A stretch of DNA of 32,000 nt from Desulfotalea psychrophila LSv54. GTDB lineage: Bacteria; Desulfobacterota; Desulfobulbia; Desulfobulbales; Desulfocapsaceae. The notes beneath the pieces were generated by a model that was not told where the DNA came from, ran no database searches, and worked only from the letters and a program-made list of their open reading frames with translations. Position numbers and translations under genes: made by a program. This document shows, in pieces, positions 7,845 to 16,978 of the stretch (positions are counted from its first letter, which is position 1; every line of letters starts with the position of its first letter). Location of the stretch: assembly GCF_000025945.1 (NCBI RefSeq), contig NC_006138.1:750001-782000 (forward strand), in the 5' to 3' direction.

Positions 7845-10484
7845 TTACTGCTGCCAGCACTCTTTGCCCTCCTCGTGAAGAAGAAAATGCTGATTTTCCC
7901 GTGCTAATTTTCTCTTCTCTTTTTTTACCGGGTTGCCCAGAGATATTCCACCTGCCATAAATGCTGCCAGAGATTCTGTGCGTACCGTTACCCCGGAGAA
8001 GATACCCGCCTTGACAGTTACTCCACTGCTGTTCCAGAACTTGGTTTTCTGGCAGATGAGATTTCTGTATTTATCGTCGATATTAATACGTACCTCAACG
8101 TTCTCAAAGTTTTTTGCCAGAGCGTAGCTGACCACCTCTCCCACCTGCAGCTGTCGATAGTAAACAGGTGAGCCAGGCGTTAGAGAGTTTAATCTCTTTG
8201 CCTCCAGCACCACTGGAAAGCCGGTAGTCAAGAGAGCATCAGGTGGGCCATCAATGGCCCTGAAGTATCTTCTTTGCTCACCTTGGCCGGGGAGAAGAGT
8301 TACAGAGGGGCCGAGGATTACCGATTGCAGATTTTTTATTTCGGCAAGATTTATCTGTGCCTGTCTTAACCAGATTTTTGTGCCCTGTCGAAAGAGGGGG
8401 AGGGTCTTTTCCTCTACCAGAAGGGTGGCAGAGACAGAGTGAAGATTTTTGCCGAGGTTCAGCTTTGTTACTGAGCCGATCTCAATGCCCTTGTACATTA
8501 CTGGAGCGCCTGTCTTCAGTCCGCCAAGATCGTTAAAGAGCACCCTTATATTTACCTTGGCGTAGAGGGCGTCGTGAAAGTTATTGTAGAGGGTATATGG
8601 TGCGGAGCTTTTTTTGGGCTCTCCCTCAGTGGGGGTGAAACAGCCTATGCCTCCCGCTACAATGGATTGAAGTGGGCCTGTCTGAATATTGAACCCCCCT
8701 ATTCCACCGCTAACTTGAACGCCGCTTGCGTCGTAGAAGCGGGTTTTGGGCTTAATGAGGCCTTGGTACTGTTTCTCCACAAAACATTTTGCTATGATAT
8801 CCCGGTCATTTTTTCCTCGTTTGAAGCTGACAATATGGCCAATGGCAGTGTTTGTATGGAGGAGAGGGGAGCCAATGTTGAGACTTGTTTCTCTTGCTGT
8901 ACGTAGCCAAAAAAACTTTCCTGGTTTTTGCAGGGCAGCTACATTTTTAACGGCCATTTGCCGGCTGGCATAGAGTGGAAAGCGAGCATTTTCTTTTGGT
9001 GGGATATTTTTTTCTTTTTTCAGCTTATCCGGGGTGGTGAAGGCGATACTGCCGGAGATTATTTTGCGTATAGGGCCCATTTTCACCTCGATTCCCGAGA
9101 GGCTTGCCTGGATGTCAATGCCACTGTACTGCCAGAAAACGCTCTTTGAGCTGAGGAGTACGAGATATTTTTGGTAAATATATATCTGGGTGTGGATCGT
9201 TCTCCCGGAGTTTTTAAGGCTACTTTTGACTACCTCGCCCACCTGGATATTCTTAAAGTATACGGCAGCACCATCTATAAAGCTGATCTTGGCGGATTCG
9301 AGAAAGAAGGACTTCCCCCTGCGCAGCGGGATAAGGGCAGGAGGTACGGGAGAGATGTTAAAGCTGTCCCGAAAGGCACCTTTGCCTGGGCTGAAAGCTA
9401 TGTGTGGTCCCGTAAGCAGGGTGTTGATGTTTTCAATTCCTTCAATGGAGACCTTGGGTTCCACCAACCAAAAAACGGTCTCCTCTCGCAGCGCTACCTC
9501 TGCCCTGGGATCAAGGAGGATGGTGGCGGTGATGATATCCTGGTCTCTGCTGGTGTCTATATGTTTGACAAAACCTACCTCTACCCCATGGAAGATGACC
9601 TTGGTGTCACCTTCGGAAATGTTATAGTTTGAAGGGAGATGAAGCTTGAACTCCAGGCCGTACTCTGCATCACTGAAATTTTTATAAAAGGTGTATTCCT
9701 GGCCATTTTCTGCCGGTGGGTCGCCAATAAATTTTTCCGGTGTGTACAGTATGATTCCTCCCTTGATAAGGGCGGCAATTGATTCTATTTGTATTTTAAT
9801 TTTGGGGAGTTTGCCTTTGATGGAGATACCACTGGCATTGTAGAATCTGCTCTCATTATGAACAAGGTGGGCGTATTGAGGATAGATAAAGACCTTGATG
9901 GAAACTTTTTCCTCACCGATAAGTTTAAATTCGCTTACCATTCCTATTTCGATATTTCGAGAATAAATGCCTGTGCTTTTTTGGATTGATCCCAGGCTGT
10001 CGGCGATCAGGGTAATATGCAGGCCGGGGGCGTCGAGGTTCACTGGCGGGGATGAACTCAGGCCTTGAAAGCTCTCTCCCCGCTCCGTTGATTTACCAAA
10101 CTCAACCTCTATATAGCTGCCGCCAACTATGGTATCAAGTCCCTCAATTTTGGTGACGGAGAGTTCCGGCTTTACAATCCAAAAAAGGCTGTCTTTGCTG
10201 ATTTTCTCTTCTACCCTCCTGTCCAGTTTGACCGTGGTTTTTATTTTACTGTCTTCAAGGCCGGGGTCTATGTCTGTGACAATGCCAATTCGTACTCCCC
10301 TCGTCATCACCAAGGTTTTATCCGCAATTATTCCCGTGGCGTCATCGAAATAGACGGTGACATCTATACCCGCATTTTTGTAGCTGCTGTAGAGGAGCCA
10401 GCTGCATATTACCAGGGCCAGTATGGGCAGTATCCAAATCGCAGAGATGCCCTTCTCTTTTTGAACTGTTGCAGGTTTGATCAT
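7845..10484 (-). CDS. letB: LetB/YebT (PqiB-type) intermembrane transport protein with about seven MCE domains
   Basis: 879-aa protein with an N-terminal transmembrane helix and seven MCE-like repeats with the xGxxVxxxGxxIGxV pattern (e.g. TRGVRIGIV, SRNIEIGMV, FHGVEVGFV, FKNIQVGEV, HTNTAIGHI, YKGIEIGSV, YRQLQVGEV). It overlaps the upstream pqiA-like gene by ATGA. Confidence 0.9.
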   Translation of the reverse strand: MIKPATVQKEKGISAIWILPILALVICSWLLYSSYKNAGIDVTVYFDDATGIIADKTLVMTRGVRIGIVTDIDPGLEDSKIKTTVKLDRRVEEKISKDSLFWIVKPELSVTKIEGLDTIVGGSYIEVEFGKSTERGESFQGLSSSPPVNLDAPGLHITLIADSLGSIQKSTGIYSRNIEIGMVSEFKLIGEEKVSIKVFIYPQYAHLVHNESRFYNASGISIKGKLPKIKIQIESIAALIKGGIILYTPEKFIGDPPAENGQEYTFYKNFSDAEYGLEFKLHLPSNYNISEGDTKVIFHGVEVGFVKHIDTSRDQDIITATILLDPRAEVALREETVFWLVEPKVSIEGIENINTLLTGPHIAFSPGKGAFRDSFNISPVPPALIPLRRGKSFFLESAKISFIDGAAVYFKNIQVGEVVKSSLKNSGRTIHTQIYIYQKYLVLLSSKSVFWQYSGIDIQASLSGIEVKMGPIRKIISGSIAFTTPDKLKKEKNIPPKENARFPLYASRQMAVKNVAALQKPGKFFWLRTARETSLNIGSPLLHTNTAIGHIVSFKRGKNDRDIIAKCFVEKQYQGLIKPKTRFYDASGVQVSGGIGGFNIQTGPLQSIVAGGIGCFTPTEGEPKKSSAPYTLYNNFHDALYAKVNIRVLFNDLGGLKTGAPVMYKGIEIGSVTKLNLGKNLHSVSATLLVEEKTLPLFRQGTKIWLRQAQINLAEIKNLQSVILGPSVTLLPGQGEQRRYFRAIDGPPDALLTTGFPVVLEAKRLNSLTPGSPVYYRQLQVGEVVSYALAKNFENVEVRINIDDKYRNLICQKTKFWNSSGVTVKAGIFSGVTVRTESLAAFMAGGISLGNPVKKEKRKLARENQHFLLHEEGKECWQQ

Positions 10485-11872
10485 GGTGTTTTTGGGGGTT
10501 GAGGGGGGACAGGCCCGGAGCCTGCTGTGTTTTCGTACTTATCCCAGAGAAGGCGCGGGTCAAATGCCAGGGCCGCGGCCATGGTGGTCAGGACAACTCC
10601 ACAAAAATATGTTGCGGCGGAATCCGCCGAAACGGAGGAGAAAAAGCCAAAATTTACCAGGGCTGTGAGCAGACCGATAACAAAGATATCAAGCATTGAC
10701 CATTTGCCGATAAAGGAAATGTATCGGTACATAATAGCTTTTTTACGCAGGTAGTGATGGAAGTTAAACTTGATACTTATGAGGAGGATGGTGATGCCCA
10801 CCACCTTGAATATTGGTACCAGTATGCTTGCCGTGAGGATAACTATGCCAATAAATAACTGTCCAGAGTCAAAGAAGAATCTGATGCCGTCCATGATAGT
10901 TGAAGGCGTCGGGGTCCCCATAAAGCTCACCTGCATGATGGGCAGGAGGTTGGCTGGGAAAAGCAGGATAATGGCGGAGCAGAGCAGGGCCCAGGTTCTG
11001 GAGATACTCTGTTGTTTTCGTAGGTGCAGGTAGGCGCCACAGCGAGGGCATTTGTCCATGCCATCTGCTATGGGAATCAATTTATGACAGTCGTGGCAGT
11101 GGCAAAAGCCGTTTGCTGCTGCACTCTCTCCTCTGCTTTGAGGAGAAAATGGCAGGGCCTCGGTTGGCCTGTCCTTAAATTCTATTCTTTCCCAAAAGAG
11201 TCTCTTGTCCATGGTGGCATTTATTCTCACCGTGATAAGGACCACTAGCATAAAGCAGAAAAATCCGGCGTCGTAGCCGATGGTAGAGCTGTCCTTCATC
11301 TTGATGATGGCAACGATAATGCCCAGGAAAAAAACTTCGGTCATGGCCCACTCTTCTGTTCGCACATAGATGCGAAAGATGTGGCGTAGCCAGGGCGGGT
11401 ATTTGTGAAAATAGAGAGATAGGGAGGTGAGGAGGGCAGAGAGGAGAAGCAGGCAGGGAAAGACAATAGCCGAGAGGAAGATGGCCAGGGTAACAAAGTA
11501 GTACTCTGCCTGGTAAAATTCTATGATGCAGCCAATGACGTTGCTGCTATCGGTAAAACCGACTGCCTCAAAGGTAAGCAGGGGGAGAAAAATGGCAGGC
11601 AGATAGAGGAGTATTCCGGTAATGCTGTGGGCAAGTACCTTGGCGATGGAGTGGTGAATTGACCTGTCGAGGCATCTGCCACAGCGGGGACATTTGGCAG
11701 AGTAGCCCGGGGGGACCTTGGCCTGGATGACAAGGAGGTCGCAGTCTTTGCAGGCCATCAGGTGTTCTGTTCTTTGAGGAGCCACAGTTGATTCTTTTCC
11801 TATATGAATGCCATTCCCCTCTTCGTTGAATCTCTCGATGAAATGTCGCAATTGTAGCAAAAAATAATCCAT
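10481..11872 (-). CDS. letA: LetA/YebS (PqiA-type) membrane protein
   Basis: Two copies of a zinc-ribbon-like CxxCxxx...CPRCG plus transmembrane bundle (CKDCDLLV...CPRCGRCL and CHDCHKLIP...CPRCGAYL). Start is uncertain; the track ORF extends to 11911 from a TTG codon. Confidence 0.87.
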   Translation of the reverse strand: MDYFLLQLRHFIERFNEEGNGIHIGKESTVAPQRTEHLMACKDCDLLVIQAKVPPGYSAKCPRCGRCLDRSIHHSIAKVLAHSITGILLYLPAIFLPLLTFEAVGFTDSSNVIGCIIEFYQAEYYFVTLAIFLSAIVFPCLLLLSALLTSLSLYFHKYPPWLRHIFRIYVRTEEWAMTEVFFLGIIVAIIKMKDSSTIGYDAGFFCFMLVVLITVRINATMDKRLFWERIEFKDRPTEALPFSPQSRGESAAANGFCHCHDCHKLIPIADGMDKCPRCGAYLHLRKQQSISRTWALLCSAIILLFPANLLPIMQVSFMGTPTPSTIMDGIRFFFDSGQLFIGIVILTASILVPIFKVVGITILLISIKFNFHHYLRKKAIMYRYISFIGKWSMLDIFVIGLLTALVNFGFFSSVSADSAATYFCGVVLTTMAAALAFDPRLLWDKYENTAGSGPVPPQPPKTP

Positions 11873-12061
11873 ATTAAAATAAAGTGTACAGAAAAATAGA
11901 GTTATTTTCAAGGATTGTGGGGGAGGAGAGCACCGTGTAAAAAAGAGTGTCCTCTTTTCTGGTCCAAAACGTCTTGTAAATTCATGGGACTGATGGTCTA
12001 ATTTATTGTTAATAGTATCTTATTCTGTTTTTCAAGGCTTAACTTTTACAGGGAGAAGGGG

Positions 12062-13057
12062 ATGGATTTTAGAAATATCGGTTTTGTGGCCTGCGCGCTA
12101 CTTTTGAGTGCCTGTCAGCCTGTGGTTTATAGGCAAATGGTTCCGGTGACGACCAATCCCATGGGGGCAGATGTCCTTGTTGATGGTATCGCCTCCGGGA
12201 AAACGCCTACCTCACTTGATTTGGCGCGCAATCAGGATCATATCCTTACCCTGACTAAGTCGGGTTATCGTCAAGAGGATGTTACGGTAAAAAGGGTTTA
12301 TCATGCAGAGCAATCGGTTCTGGGGGCGGTGAGTCGAGGTCTTTCCGATGGTAAGTTCTTTGACGATGCCAATATGGGCATACAGTCAGGCATCTCTTCT
12401 CTGGAAACTCAAAAAACGACTGGCGAAGCCTATACTCTTTCGCCAACTGCTGTGGTTGTTACCCTTATGCCCGTTGGTGGGGTGGTGTCTGCCCCCGTAG
12501 CGGTGTCGGGAGAGGCTTTTGCTGCTCCCTCAGCACAGTCAACGCTGAATGTGACAGAGATAATGACATCCTTTGATCGGGAAATGCTTGATCGGGCTCT
12601 TGAGACGGGTAGATCGGGGCAGTCTGTGCAGTGGACAAATCCCGATAGTGGTTGGCATTTTGTAGTGGTGCCTCATTCTGCCGGTAGGCAGGAGGGGATG
12701 GTTACCAGAGATATTAGCGTTGTGGGCACCAAGGCAGGTCGTGTTTCCAAGGGGAAGTATCCGACCTATCGAGAGAATCGTAATGATTGGCGGATAGGTT
12801 ATCCAATGCATACCACCAAGGCTCTGGAAGTTGCGCCGGTAAACGAGAGAGCGCTTCTCTTTGGTGCGGCAAAGGTTGGTGCATCTGGGTTAAAGCCTAT
12901 TGGTGGAGAGAAGGAGTTGAGTCACTCAAGTCATAGCAGTGAATCCTGGGGGGCTGATGGCAGTCACACCACTACAACCAAGTCGAGTTCGACCAGTGCC
13001 AGTGTTTCTGTGAATCCGGCTGGAGCTATTGATTTGTTGGAGAAGTTGACTGAGTAG
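12062..13057 (+). CDS. Lipoprotein with a PEGA-like domain
   Basis: Lipobox FVACALLLSAC, then VTTNPMGADVLVDGIASGKTPTSLDLARNQDHILTLTKSGY, which resembles PEGA. A Ser/Thr-rich C-terminus follows. Confidence 0.65.
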   Translation: MDFRNIGFVACALLLSACQPVVYRQMVPVTTNPMGADVLVDGIASGKTPTSLDLARNQDHILTLTKSGYRQEDVTVKRVYHAEQSVLGAVSRGLSDGKFFDDANMGIQSGISSLETQKTTGEAYTLSPTAVVVTLMPVGGVVSAPVAVSGEAFAAPSAQSTLNVTEIMTSFDREMLDRALETGRSGQSVQWTNPDSGWHFVVVPHSAGRQEGMVTRDISVVGTKAGRVSKGKYPTYRENRNDWRIGYPMHTTKALEVAPVNERALLFGAAKVGASGLKPIGGEKELSHSSHSSESWGADGSHTTTTKSSSTSASVSVNPAGAIDLLEKLTE

Positions 13058-13077
13058 GTGCAGTAGAAACAGAAAAA

Positions 13078-13104
13078 GGGTTTAGCAATTAAATTGCTAA
13101 ACCC
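13078..13104 (-). terminator. Terminator hairpin between the lipoprotein gene and the tRNA operon (bidirectional)
   Basis: GGGTTTAGCAATTaAATTGCTAAACCC with TTTT on the + side and TTTTT on the - side. Confidence 0.85.
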
Positions 13105-13114
13105 TTTTATGTCT

Positions 13115-13192
13115 TGGCGTCCCCAAGGGGATTCGAACCCCTGTTGCCGCCGTGAAAGGGCGGTGTCCTAGACCTGACTAGACGATGAGGAC
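13115..13192 (-). tRNA. tRNA-Glu (TTC)
   Basis: Minus strand GTCCTCATCGTCTAG...CACCGCCCTTTCACGGCGG...GGGGTTCGAATCCCCTTGGGGACGCCA. Cloverleaf, TTC anticodon and encoded CCA are all present. Confidence 0.96.
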
Positions 13193-13199
13193 AAGTGCG

Positions 13200-13275
13200 T
13201 GGTGGGGCGTGCGCGGCTCGAACGCGCGACTCTCTGATTAAAAGTCAGATACTCTACCAGCTGAGTTAACGCCCC
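13200..13275 (-). tRNA. tRNA-Lys (TTT)
   Basis: Minus strand GGGGCGTTAACTCAGCTGGTAGAGTATCTGACTTTTAATCAGAGAGTCGCGCGTTCGAGCCGCGCACGCCCCACCA. Confidence 0.96.
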
Positions 13276-13726
13276 ACTTGCGTGGCGGGAATATATAAGT
13301 TTCTTTGCTCTATGTCAACACTTTTTCCCTAAAAAGTGAATGAATGTTGCTTTTATTTGAGTCCATTCCTTCTCCGGATCTATCCTCTTACCCCTTCTTT
13401 AAATTTTAAAAACCTAATTTCATAATCTTAGCCGTGTGACGGGTGGGTTTCCTTTTTGGTGGAGATAAGGGATTTAGCAAAATATTTTTTTGCGTTATCC
13501 CTGTTTTCTTTTGGATCTCTCCTAAAGGGAGCAAAGATAAATTTATAGTCGAAGGGTGGAGCAAGCACCTCTTGCCCAGGCTATTTTTTTTAAAGAGGGC
13601 CCCTTTGTTAGTCTTAATTCAGTTTTCTCTTGACATATGTTAACTAATATTTGACTTTTGCCTAATTTTTTAGTTGTTTCTTGCTCTGTATACAAAATTA
13701 TGGTGAATTTTATTTGGGAGATATTG

Positions 13727-13903
13727 ATGATTGGCTTAGAAGGTATAGCTGTGCCGCTTGGCATTATTCTTACCCTGCTCAGCACCCTGCTCTGCGTAGC
13801 TTATGGAGTGGTGAACTGGAATAGGGGGCATGTTACCGAGGGAGAACTTGCCCAGGAGTTGATGTGGAAGGCAGAAGAAATTAAAATTAAAGAGAATCTT
13901 TAG
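13727..13903 (+). CDS. Small membrane protein (symporter small accessory protein-like)
   Basis: MIGLEGIAVPLGIILTLLSTLLCVAYGVVNWNRGHVTEGELAQELMWKAEEIKIKENL sits 9 bp upstream of the SSS symporter. The start is inferred within the longer track ORF 13658..13903. Confidence 0.65.
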   Translation: MIGLEGIAVPLGIILTLLSTLLCVAYGVVNWNRGHVTEGELAQELMWKAEEIKIKENL

Positions 13904-13912
13904 GAGAGGATC

Positions 13913-15523
13913 ATGAATGTTCCCCTATTGACAACGGTGGTGCTGCTCTATCTATTTGTTGTGGGTTGTTTGACCGCAAAGGCCTACAGGGACACGGCAA
14001 CCACTGCCGACTATCTGGTTGCCGGTCGTGATATACATCCCTTTGTCATGGCCATATCCTACGGGGCGACCTTTATCAGTACCTCGGCTATTATCGGTTT
14101 TGGTGGGGCTGCCGCCGTCTTTGGCATGAGTTTGCTCTGGCTCACCTTTTTGACAATTTTTGTTGGTGTCTTTATTGCCTTTGTTTTTTTCGGGCGCAAG
14201 ACCAGAGTGATGGGAAGAAACCTCGATGCCCATACCTTTCCCGAATTTTTGGGGCTGCGTTTCCAATCAAAGACCCTGCAGGGCGGTATTGGCGGGGTGA
14301 TTTTCTTGACCATGCCCCTCTATGCCAGCGTTGTTCTCATGGGTGGGGCAAAATTTGTCTCACAGATTTTATCCATTGATTACAATGTGGCACTTTTTTT
14401 TCTCACCGTTATCATTGCCATTTATGTGATAATGGGTGGTCTTAAGGGTGTTATGTACACCGATGCCTTTCAGGGTGCCATCATGTTTATTGGCATGTTT
14501 GTTCTTCTTTTTTTCACCTATCATAAGTTGGGTGGTGTAGTTGCCGCCCATGAACAGCTGACCGCAATGAAGGATATCGCTATTAAGATATTTGGGGCGA
14601 AGGGACATACGGGCTGGACATCCTTTCCTGCCTTTGGTTCTGATTTTTGGTTTGTGGTGGTCACAACTCTTATAATGGGCGTGGGTATTGGGGTGCTTGC
14701 TCAACCGCAGCTTATTGTTCGCTTTATGACGGTGAAGAGTAATAGGGAGTTGAATCGCGCTGTTTTGATTGGTGGTGTTTTTATTGCGGTGGCGGTGGGG
14801 GTCTCCTTTGTTGTCGGAGCTCTTTCAAATGTGTTTTTCTATAAGTATGATCCGGCAACCCTGGGTAAGATATCGTTGTTGGCAACGGATAAGAACGTTG
14901 CTGAGATCATTCCCATGTATATCAGCCATGCCATGCCACAGTGGTTTACCGTTGTTTTTATGGTAACTCTGCTCAGTGCGGCGATGTCGACCCTGAGTTC
15001 TCAATTTCATACCATGGGCACATCCCTTGGCCGTGATATTTATGAGAAGGCCCTGGGACGAACGGGAAACTCTATCCTGATTACCAAGGCAGGTATTCTC
15101 CTGGCGATTTTGCTCAGCTATTTTCTGGCCTGGGGTCTGCCGCATTTTTTTGAGGGTGGTACTGCAATTATTGCCCGAGGCACAGCCATTTTTATGGGCA
15201 TATGCGCCGCTACCTTCTTGCCCATGTATTTTGGCGCCCTCTACTGTCGGGGGATGACCTTGTTTGGGGTCTATGTAAGTTTTTTTTCGGGCTTAGTGAC
15301 AAGTCTTTTTTGGATATTTTTTGTCCATCTTAAGGAGTCGAAACCGCTCATGCTCTGTCAGACGATTTTTGGTGTGGATTCTCTGGCCATGGGCAGTAAA
15401 TGGGCCCTGGTTGATCCTCTGATGATAGCTCTGCCGGTATCGATCGTGGCCATGTTTCTCTGTCGCTCCATGGGAAAACCGCTCTCATCAGAGCATCTTG
15501 ATCGCTGTTTCCGTAAGGTTTAG
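13913..15523 (+). CDS. Sodium:solute symporter family (SSS) permease
   Basis: About 13 transmembrane segments; motifs DYLVAGRDIHPFVMAISYGATFISTSAIIGFGGAAAVFG and TVVFMVTLLSAAMSTLSSQFHTMGTSLGRDIYEK are typical of SSS. Confidence 0.9.
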   Translation: MNVPLLTTVVLLYLFVVGCLTAKAYRDTATTADYLVAGRDIHPFVMAISYGATFISTSAIIGFGGAAAVFGMSLLWLTFLTIFVGVFIAFVFFGRKTRVMGRNLDAHTFPEFLGLRFQSKTLQGGIGGVIFLTMPLYASVVLMGGAKFVSQILSIDYNVALFFLTVIIAIYVIMGGLKGVMYTDAFQGAIMFIGMFVLLFFTYHKLGGVVAAHEQLTAMKDIAIKIFGAKGHTGWTSFPAFGSDFWFVVVTTLIMGVGIGVLAQPQLIVRFMTVKSNRELNRAVLIGGVFIAVAVGVSFVVGALSNVFFYKYDPATLGKISLLATDKNVAEIIPMYISHAMPQWFTVVFMVTLLSAAMSTLSSQFHTMGTSLGRDIYEKALGRTGNSILITKAGILLAILLSYFLAWGLPHFFEGGTAIIARGTAIFMGICAATFLPMYFGALYCRGMTLFGVYVSFFSGLVTSLFWIFFVHLKESKPLMLCQTIFGVDSLAMGSKWALVDPLMIALPVSIVAMFLCRSMGKPLSSEHLDRCFRKV

Positions 15524-16321
15524 GCGTTCAGGGGCTTGCTCTTTAAAGACCTGTCCCGCTCCCCAGAGTTGGCTTATCTGGGCTGTTACCTCTGTTTGGT
15601 TGCCGCTGGTCCAGAATTCAGTTCTGCCATCCCTCTTCGTAGGAGAGAGGAGGGATGATATGGCTAATTGCTTTTTGAGCTCTTGGGTGACGGGCACTGA
15701 GGTGTCGATGAGTTGGGCCCTGCCTGAAATAATCTTTTTGATGCTCGGGGCGAGAAAGAGGTAGTGGGTACAGCCAAGGACAATGTAGTCAGCACCGGCC
15801 CTGAGCAGAGGCTCTACGTATCCCTCTATGGCCTCGGTGGTCTCGTTACCGGTGAGATTGCCTGCTTCGACCAGTTCCACCAGGCGGGGGCAGGCTTGAA
15901 TTTCTATTTGGCTTTTTCCTGCAAATCTCTTTTTCAGTGTTTGAAAGGAGCTACTCTTCAGAGTTTGTCGGGTGGCAAGAACACCTATTATGCCTGATTT
16001 ACTCTGCTGCACAGCAGGTCTTATGCCGGGCTCAACGCCAATAATGGGGATATTTGATGTGGCTCGCAGATATGCTATGGCATTTGCGGTGGCGGTGTTG
16101 CAGGCCACGACGATGGCCTTGCAGCCTTTTTTAATCAGGAAAGCGGTAATATGTTTTGCCCTGCTTCTGATCAGCTCTGCAGGTTTTGTTCCGTAGGGTG
16201 AAAAACCCGTGTCAGCAAAGTATATAAGGTCTTCCCGCGGCAGAAGCTCTTTGATTTTAAGGGCCACGGAGAGTCCGCCGACACCCGAGTCGAATATTCC
16301 TATAGGTTTTTTTGCTTTCAT
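15488..16321 (-). CDS. murI: Glutamate racemase
   Basis: PIGIFDSGVGGLSVALKI, FADTGFSPYGTKP, VVACNTATANA, VLGCTHYLFL are the catalytic Cys motifs. The start is taken at MKAKKPIGIFDSG; the track ORF extends to 16375. Confidence 0.94.
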   Translation of the reverse strand: MKAKKPIGIFDSGVGGLSVALKIKELLPREDLIYFADTGFSPYGTKPAELIRSRAKHITAFLIKKGCKAIVVACNTATANAIAYLRATSNIPIIGVEPGIRPAVQQSKSGIIGVLATRQTLKSSSFQTLKKRFAGKSQIEIQACPRLVELVEAGNLTGNETTEAIEGYVEPLLRAGADYIVLGCTHYLFLAPSIKKIISGRAQLIDTSVPVTQELKKQLAISSLLSPTKRDGRTEFWTSGNQTEVTAQISQLWGAGQVFKEQAPERLNLTETAIKML

Positions 16322-16505
16322 CTTGATAAGTTGTTTGGCTCGCTTAGTCTGTTTATAGCACTGCCCGAAAGGCACAATCGTTTACTATAATAATTTTCTG
16401 TAGAATAAAAGCAAGCTTTGCCTCTGGGCGGATGGGGTGATTTGCTACAGGTTGGCAGTTGGGGGGGGGGATGTTTTGCGCTATTGGTGGCTAGAAACCA
16501 AAAAA

Positions 16506-16533
16506 GGGTTTAGCAAGAAAACTTGCTAAACCC
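16506..16533 (-). terminator. Terminator for the second tRNA operon
   Basis: GGGTTTAGCAAG AAAA CTTGCTAAACCC flanked by a T-tract on the minus strand. The stem sequence is nearly identical to that at 13078..13104. Confidence 0.85.
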
Positions 16534-16544
16534 TTTATAAATCT

Positions 16545-16622
16545 TGGCGTCCCCAAGGGGATTCGAACCCCTGTTGCCGCCGTGAAAGGGCGGTGTCCTG
16601 GACCTGACTAGACGATAGGGAC
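16545..16622 (-). tRNA. tRNA-Glu (TTC), second copy
   Basis: Same body as 13115..13192, with a few changes in the acceptor stem and D-arm region. TTC anticodon and CCA encoded. Confidence 0.95.
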
Positions 16623-16638
16623 AAATCATGGAAAGCAA

Positions 16639-16714
16639 TGGTGGGGCGTGCGCGGCTCGAACGCGCGACTCTCTGATTAAAAGTCAGATACTCTACCAGC
16701 TGAGTTAACGCCCC
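16639..16714 (-). tRNA. tRNA-Lys (TTT), second copy
   Basis: Sequence appears identical to 13200..13275. Confidence 0.96.
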
Positions 16715-16978
16715 CCTTGCGAGCGAGTTTTATACAAATATATGAACTTCCTGTCAAGCATAAAAAGCAAATAAAAGTGAATTTGATTTTAGTAGATAAG
16801 TTATGGTCTTTTCTATCCTCAAATTTTCATAGGAAATAAGTCCTTATCTGGAAATATTTTTTTTCCCGGGAAAACTCCTTGTGGTGAGGGTTTATATACG
16901 ATAGAAGAACAGCAATAATTACAATTGATATGTTTTGTCTGAATATCGTAACTATACTTTTTAACTATAAAAACAGGG

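Noticed and set aside
8574-9632. Several plus-strand ORFs (111, 75, 73, 153 and 145 aa)
   Set aside because: Antisense to the well-supported letB-like gene, with no family-like sequence.
13443-13785. Short ORFs upstream of the symporter on both strands
   Set aside because: No recognisable product, no convincing ribosome-binding site, and mutually overlapping.
14369-14704. Minus-strand ORF of 111 aa rich in His/Lys
   Set aside because: Antisense shadow of the SSS symporter.
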